A stretch of DNA of 64,000 nt, taken from positions 1-64,000 of IMG/VR virus record IMGVR_UViG_3300026519_000009. The stretch is one strand, 5' to 3'. Origin of the DNA: a virus. The notes beneath the pieces are model-generated. The model did no database searches. It worked only from the letters and a program-made list of their open reading frames with translations, and was not told the origin of the DNA. The position numbers were made by a program, and so were the translations under genes. Shown one piece after another: positions 58,858 to 64,000 of the stretch (its first letter is position 1; every line of letters begins with the position of its first letter).

Positions 58858-59358
58858 CTAATTGTTGTGTGAATTAATGAACAGTCCGCCAATAATTGTG
58901 GTTGCGCGATGTGATTGTGGTAGTATATTAAATGAACAGTCAAAATCACCATCAATTTCTTGTGGTGATCCTGTCAACGATCTTAGGTTATTAGCATATA
59001 CATGAAAAAACTTTCCGACTTCGGATGGACCGCCAACTAATGAAGATATCATATTCATAGAACAATCAAAGCCACCAGCAACTTCCTTCGGCGCACCTAA
59101 TAATGAGTTCAGTTCGTTAAATGAACAATCAAAATCGCCACCGACTTCACGCGGTGAACCTTTTAGTGTGGTCAAGCTATTATTTGAGCAATTAAAATTA
59201 CCATAAACAATTCGGAACTGTACTGGTATTTCGACTAATCCTTTAAAATCTAAATAAACATCACCTTTCACCGTTACCGTACTTGTATCATTAATAGTAT
59301 AATTTATAATACCCATTTCATCAAGCCATCTTATAATTTCTTTTTTATTAGTCATCAT
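58858..59358 (-). CDS. LRR-like solenoid repeat protein, paralog of 55705-56166
   Basis: EIPVQFR.VYG.FNCS.N.LT.LKGSP.EV. Confidence 0.8.
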   Translation of the reverse strand: MMTNKKEIIRWLDEMGIINYTINDTSTVTVKGDVYLDFKGLVEIPVQFRIVYGNFNCSNNSLTTLKGSPREVGGDFDCSFNELNSLLGAPKEVAGGFDCSMNMISSLVGGPSEVGKFFHVYANNLRSLTGSPQEIDGDFDCSFNILPQSHRATTIIGGLFINSHNN

Positions 59359-59370
59359 ATTGATATTTAT

Positions 59371-60088
59371 CCAAGTTGCCGAAATACCACTTCCAAATTC
59401 ACGTGGTCGGTGGTATCTTTCGGTTCAAGTACTTGTTGACAAACAAGTATCAACTGGCACCGGACATATAGGAATTGACTTGGGGTTAAAGACCATTGCT
59501 ACGTGTTCAAATGGCGAAATATTAGAACGTAAGGAATATTATCGTAAATCCGAAAGCAAGTTGGGCATTGCCCAACTTGCAAAAAAGAAACGCCAAGTAA
59601 AAACAATTCATGCGAAAATCAAGAACCAACGGATGGACACAAATCATAAATGGTCAACCAAGATAGTAAAAGAAAAACGAATTAATAGCGATTGGTAATG
59701 TTAGTGCGTCTAAATTAGCAAAGACTAAGATGGCTAAATCCGTATTAGACGCAGGTTGGTATCAACTAAAGAACATGCTCGATTATAAATCGAAAGCGAT
59801 GCGATGCATGTTTGTTGAAGTCAACGAATCGTACACCACCCAGACCTGTTCGTCGTGTCAGGAAATAACTGAAACGAGTCCGAAAGGTAGGACAGGTCTT
59901 GGAATAAGGGAATGGACGTGTTCCGGGTGTGGCACATTGCATGATCGTCATATCAATGCAGCAACGAACATTCTCCGCTTGGGAAGTCAAGCGCTCGATG
60001 GAGGAGTCTGTGGAAACACAGAAGACACAATGGGTGACCATTATGCGAATCCACTTCCAAATCAAAGATTTGGAAGTGGTCGCTTCAA
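59371..60088 (+). mobile_element. tnpB: IS200/IS605 element remnant with the largest tnpB fragment (5' deleted, frameshifted)
   Basis: TTTAT|CCAAGTTGCC; IGIDLGLKT RuvC-I; extra A near 59678; zinc ribbon; right hairpin + TTCAA. Confidence 0.9.
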
Positions 60089-60112
60089 CAGTAATAATAA
60101 AGGAAACGGCTA

Positions 60113-60325
60113 ATGCCTACATATCAATATAAATGTTCAAATAAAAAGTGTGACATTCATAATGTTATTATAGAAGTAAAGCAAAAAATGACTGAAGAAC
60201 CATTACAAATATGCCCCGACTGTTCTGAACCTACCTTAACAAAAAGGATATCAGGCGGTGGTGGATTCCGCATAGGTGGCCAAGGCGTTCATAAACCAAC
60301 CGCACACTGGGGTGATCTAAGCTAA
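60113..60325 (+). CDS. FmdB-family zinc-ribbon protein
   Basis: MPTYQYKC....C...CPDC...KRISGGGGF. Confidence 0.85.
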   Translation: MPTYQYKCSNKKCDIHNVIIEVKQKMTEEPLQICPDCSEPTLTKRISGGGGFRIGGQGVHKPTAHWGDLS

Positions 60326-60591
60326 TGTCAACCACCACGAAAGAGATTGAAACAATAATTAATAAAAAAATATCATTACTTTCGTGGAATTATTTATTGA
60401 ACTTCTTTGAAGAATTCAAGTCAGAGCTTTCAATCAATGAAATTGAAATACTAAATGCACATTCAGAAAAATGCAGGCATTTCTTAAATACTAAATATGA
60501 AAAAACGTATGGTTGGAAACATATTTCAAAAAAAGATATGAGAGTTGATATATTATATTATTTAAAAGAAAGAAAGAAAAAACGATTGTAA
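60325..60591 (+). CDS. Hypothetical protein
   Basis: TAATG coupling to upstream gene. Confidence 0.55.
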   Translation: MSTTTKEIETIINKKISLLSWNYLLNFFEEFKSELSINEIEILNAHSEKCRHFLNTKYEKTYGWKHISKKDMRVDILYYLKERKKKRL

Positions 60592-61153
60592 AAGTTTAAC
60601 ATTCGTGTAATATCCATAATACAGAAGTGATGATCAAGCCCCCAATTTGGGCACTATTGTTGCACATCACCAACAATTCGATGTACGTTGCCCAATTTAT
60701 CGAAAGACGTTGAGGTTAGTCCATTGTTAGGTAGATTTTTATATTTACCAGAAGGTAGAAAACAAACATGCTGTAGTGTTCCAGTTTTCAAACGCTATGG
60801 TGGTAGTTCCCCACTAGGCCCGCGAAACCCCCCGTGACCGGCCTGGATAGATATATATCTATCCGAACGGAGGGGGGCCAGCTCTCATGGTTTTAAATGG
60901 TTAAAAAAAATAATTTAATAATGAATGTTTATTAGTTCTTTCTGCCTTGCGAGGCTTTATCCGCAAGGCAGAAGAATAATTGATATTACATTTTCGCGCC
61001 TTGGTGCGAAGATTATAGATAATCCATTATTACGTTATTATATTATTATGGAAATTGAAAATGTAGGCAATAATTGCAAAAAATGTGGTTTTGTTGTTGT
61101 CATGTCCCATTCATAACATTGGCACCAGACAAGTGCTTTCACGCAAGCGCTTC

Positions 61154-61168
61154 TTGAACGCAACTTGG
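61154..61168 (-). repeat. Minimal element scar (both ends, hairpin lost)
   Basis: TTGAA-CG-CAACTTGG|ATAAA. Confidence 0.5.
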
Positions 61169-61260
61169 ATAAAAAATACAAGTCGTCAATAGTGACGAAT
61201 AAATATATTCTTAAAAAATAATCCATTGATGATTTATAAAAAACATGATACAATCATAGG

Positions 61261-62859
61261 ATGAATAATAAATCAAAAATATTTGAATCATGGCCCACGC
61301 CAGAATTCACACCTCGTACAAATCAAATAATTGCATTGGAATGGATTGAAAAACAAACCGCAAAATATTTGATTTTGGAAGCACCGGTTGGTAGTGGAAA
61401 ATCACATACAGCACTTACATTTGCAACCTCTATATCAACACATCTAAAACACTCATTTGTATTAACACCACAGATAATTTTACAACAGCAATATGAAGTT
61501 GACTTTAAAAAAAATGGTAGTGCATTTTTAGCATCATTGCGTGGTAAATCAAATTATAAGTGTATTAATAAAAAAACATCATGTAATGTTGGTTCTTTAG
61601 TCAAACCAAAATGTGCTGTCTGCCCCTATATTAAAGCAAAACAACGGGCATTATACTCCAAAAATACGGTTCTTAATTACAAGTTGGCACTAACTACCTT
61701 CACGTATACAGATACGTTTGCAAAACGAAAGCTATTAATAATGGACGAAGCACATACCCTTGAGCGACATTTAGTTGATTTTGATTCCGTTGATATCAAA
61801 TCTTTTATATGCGAGAAATACAATATTAAATTTAAAGTTAATACTAATATTAAATCAGCAAAAGAATGGGTAACAAAAGAATATTTACCTAACATACAAG
61901 ACGCATTAAATACACTTGAAGAAGATAGTGAATATTTATATGAAAAAACAGGAGCAGAAATAACAAAAAAGGAATTAAAATTATTATCAGAAATTGATGA
62001 ATTAAGCGCACATGTGAATGATGTTTTGGAATTGTCAATACGAAATGTTAAGTATTTAGAAAAACACTTCGTACTAGTACACGATAAAACGATGATTCAA
62101 TTTAAACGTATTACAGGCGCGTATTCATTTAAAAAAATATTTGAACCACAAGCTGAACGTTTTTTATTCATGTCCTCAACCATATTAAATAAAAACCAAT
62201 TCTGTGCAGACTTAGGTATTGATGAAAAAGATACCGCGTTTTTATCACTTGAAAGTGACTTCCCTGTTGAAAACAGGCCAATATATTATATGCCCATTTT
62301 AAAAATGAATGCTGCTTGGAACAAACCAGAACAAGCAAATGGTAGAAAACAAATGATTACCAGAATATGCGAACTGCTTGATATTCATAAAACCGAGTCG
62401 GGAATAATCCACACAGCAAATTATCAAATAGCAATATGGTTAGTACAGGAACTTTCGAAGTTAAAGTCACACGACATTTATCATCATAATCCAAAAACCA
62501 AGCATAATCGAAATACCACAATTGATATGTTTATAGAGTCAACCGTACCATCTATTCTTATAAGCCCATCATGTACCGAAGGACTTGACCTAAAAGATGA
62601 TTTGTCACGGTTCGCAATGATTGTTAAGACACCGTTTGGATACTTAGGTGACCAGTGGATAAAGAAACGGTTAGATATGTCGGCTGAATGGTACAGGCGC
62701 AGAGCTATGACCGATATCATACAAGCTGGTGGACGAATTGTGAGAAGTTCAAATGATAGTGGCACAGTATATATTCTGGACGGTAGCTTTGGATACCTAT
62801 ATTCGCAGTCATCTTCCATGATACCAAAATGGTGGAAAGATTCATTAGTGTTTATGTAG
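61261..62859 (+). CDS. DinG/XPD-like SF2 helicase
   Basis: APVGSGKS, Cys cluster, DEAH, MSST, EGLDL, QAGGRIVRS. Confidence 0.9.
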   Translation: MNNKSKIFESWPTPEFTPRTNQIIALEWIEKQTAKYLILEAPVGSGKSHTALTFATSISTHLKHSFVLTPQIILQQQYEVDFKKNGSAFLASLRGKSNYKCINKKTSCNVGSLVKPKCAVCPYIKAKQRALYSKNTVLNYKLALTTFTYTDTFAKRKLLIMDEAHTLERHLVDFDSVDIKSFICEKYNIKFKVNTNIKSAKEWVTKEYLPNIQDALNTLEEDSEYLYEKTGAEITKKELKLLSEIDELSAHVNDVLELSIRNVKYLEKHFVLVHDKTMIQFKRITGAYSFKKIFEPQAERFLFMSSTILNKNQFCADLGIDEKDTAFLSLESDFPVENRPIYYMPILKMNAAWNKPEQANGRKQMITRICELLDIHKTESGIIHTANYQIAIWLVQELSKLKSHDIYHHNPKTKHNRNTTIDMFIESTVPSILISPSCTEGLDLKDDLSRFAMIVKTPFGYLGDQWIKKRLDMSAEWYRRRAMTDIIQAGGRIVRSSNDSGTVYILDGSFGYLYSQSSSMIPKWWKDSLVFM

Positions 62860-62861
62860 TG

Positions 62862-62883
62862 TTGAATAATTCAGGCAACTTGG
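62862..62883 (-). repeat. Minimal element scar
   Basis: TTGAA-TAATTCA-GGCAACTTGG|ATAAA. Confidence 0.55.
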
Positions 62884-62898
62884 ATAAAGGAAAAAAAA

Positions 62899-63204
62899 AT
62901 GCGAAGCATATTAAAATTAATGTTACAGATTGTCGCGTATGCAGTAATAGTGATGTTAACAGTATATTGGATATCGGCAGAACAACTAAACTACATTCTT
63001 ATTGAAATACCAACATTAATATTTGATACGTTGGTTAAGTTAATGCCGACTAATGGCCACGAATCAACAACAGTTGACGTTGCGTTAATGGGGATATACA
63101 CATTCCTTGCACTAACCTTACCCGTTCTTTGGTGGTTATTTGTATTTTTTACACCATTTATGCTATTACGTAATGTTTCCAACAAATATATTAATGGTTG
63201 TTGA
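62899..63204 (+). CDS. Membrane protein; stop codon supplied by element
   Basis: Two hydrophobic segments; TGA lies in TTGAAGCG. Confidence 0.6.
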   Translation: MRSILKLMLQIVAYAVIVMLTVYWISAEQLNYILIEIPTLIFDTLVKLMPTNGHESTTVDVALMGIYTFLALTLPVLWWLFVFFTPFMLLRNVSNKYINGC

Positions 63205-63262
63205 AGCGCCACACACCACCAAATCAGCAAGTTGAATTTGGTGGTGTGGTAGTGGTAACTTC
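63201..63262 (-). mobile_element. Palindromic mini-element between convergent genes
   Basis: TTGAAGCG-CCACACACCACCAAAT...ATTTGGTGGTGTGG...GGTAACTT. Confidence 0.75.
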
Positions 63263-64000
63263 AATTCGTCCAATGTAGTTTTACTTTTCCACTATCCCAT
63301 ATAGTATCGTAACCAATTGATTCAAGGATTTTGGATTTACTTAAATGTGCGGGATGCCCCTTCGCCACTAAATCTTTTTTAGATATAAACCTCCGATGTT
63401 GTCGATTTGTGTAATCTGTCCACCATAATGCCGGTTTAGTATATCCGACACGCACAAATCCAATATGTTGTTTTACCAGTCCGGTAAACCAACGTCGATC
63501 AACATATGCTATTATTTCATTATATCCAAAGGTGCGTATTGCATGTTTGAACATTTTAGACCCCAGGCCGGGATTATTTTTTTTATTAGTAACAAACCGC
63601 TTTAATTCCACCACACTCGAATCGCCATGTTCATTATTGGTCTGCCCAAATACCATTACGCCAATTAAATTATCATTATTATCATAAGCACCAATTCGTT
63701 TATTTCCACAGCTTCCTGCATTCAATAAATGATATTGATTTAAAAATTTCCTAGCGGTAGGCCAATTAATTTCACGAATAGTAGTATTTCGTGCGTATAC
63801 GCCCTTTTTACTCCGATTCATTAAATGTAGTAAGGTATCTTTGCATTTTTGTTGTTGATCACGCCATTCATCCTCAAATATATGAATAAGACGAATTCCT
63901 TGCGCTTCGCATAATTGGGTCTTGTTCAAATGATAGTTAGAATCCTTACCTTGTGCTGTAGAATGATAATACAAACCATTATATTCTATTGCTAACTTAT
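63261..64000 (-). CDS. Putative Hef-like/Vsr-type endonuclease (5' end beyond window)
   Basis: Frame open to window edge; LAIEYNGLYYH, LIHIFEDEW, YARN, ELKRF, IWDSG. Confidence 0.7.
   Translation of the reverse strand, partial: KLAIEYNGLYYHSTAQGKDSNYHLNKTQLCEAQGIRLIHIFEDEWRDQQQKCKDTLLHLMNRSKKGVYARNTTIREINWPTARKFLNQYHLLNAGSCGNKRIGAYDNNDNLIGVMVFGQTNNEHGDSSVVELKRFVTNKKNNPGLGSKMFKHAIRTFGYNEIIAYVDRRWFTGLVKQHIGFVRVGYTKPALWWTDYTNRQHRRFISKKDLVAKGHPAHLSKSKILESIGYDTIWDSGKVKLHWTN

Noticed and set aside
799-63262. Dispersed palindromic repeats as a CRISPR array
   Set aside because: Not tandem, no regular spacers, no cas genes, and continuous with tnpB element ends
799-63262. Repeats as ordinary intrinsic terminators only
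   Set aside because: Most lack U-tracts, have conserved asymmetric flanks and occur regardless of gene orientation; a secondary terminator role is not excluded
1-64000. Stop-codon reassignment; tRNA or rRNA genes
   Set aside because: Long genes are intact in the standard code with all three stops used; no cloverleaf or rRNA recognised by eye

Overview
AT-rich (roughly 35% GC by eye) segment of a large myovirus or jumbo phage with a T4-like contractile tail. The host is probably a gammaproteobacterium, judged from the bS21, NrdAB, GuaC and Tmk sequence types and a spanin pair. The window holds a baseplate/virion module (gp25-, gp6-, gp53- and gp5/VgrG-like proteins, a 3681-aa virion protein, fibre-like proteins). 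It also holds nucleotide-metabolism genes (guaC, prs, tmk, nrdA, nrdB, glutaredoxin, Nudix, deoxyribosyltransferase), DnaB- and DinG-type helicases, ribosomal protein bS21 and an Rmf-like protein. The most striking non-genic signal is a family of about 28 dispersed palindromic elements, consensus (N)TTAT|CCAAGTTGCCGGAATA-CCACTTCCAAAT(T)CAGC..GCTGAATTTGGAAGTGG-TCGCTTCAA, in many intergenic gaps. They derive from an IS200/IS605 tnpB element. Many sit next to the putative late promoter ATAAATA or at stop codons, and several supply an in-register TGA. An IS607-like tnpB element in the nrdB ribosome-binding site appears related to recurrent 10-bp insertions (GG|TTGCCAACAG). A G-S-P tripeptide is strongly enriched in virion proteins. 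A perfect 24-bp stem masks the spanin RBS. All calls come from reading the sequence by eye; no database searches were run.
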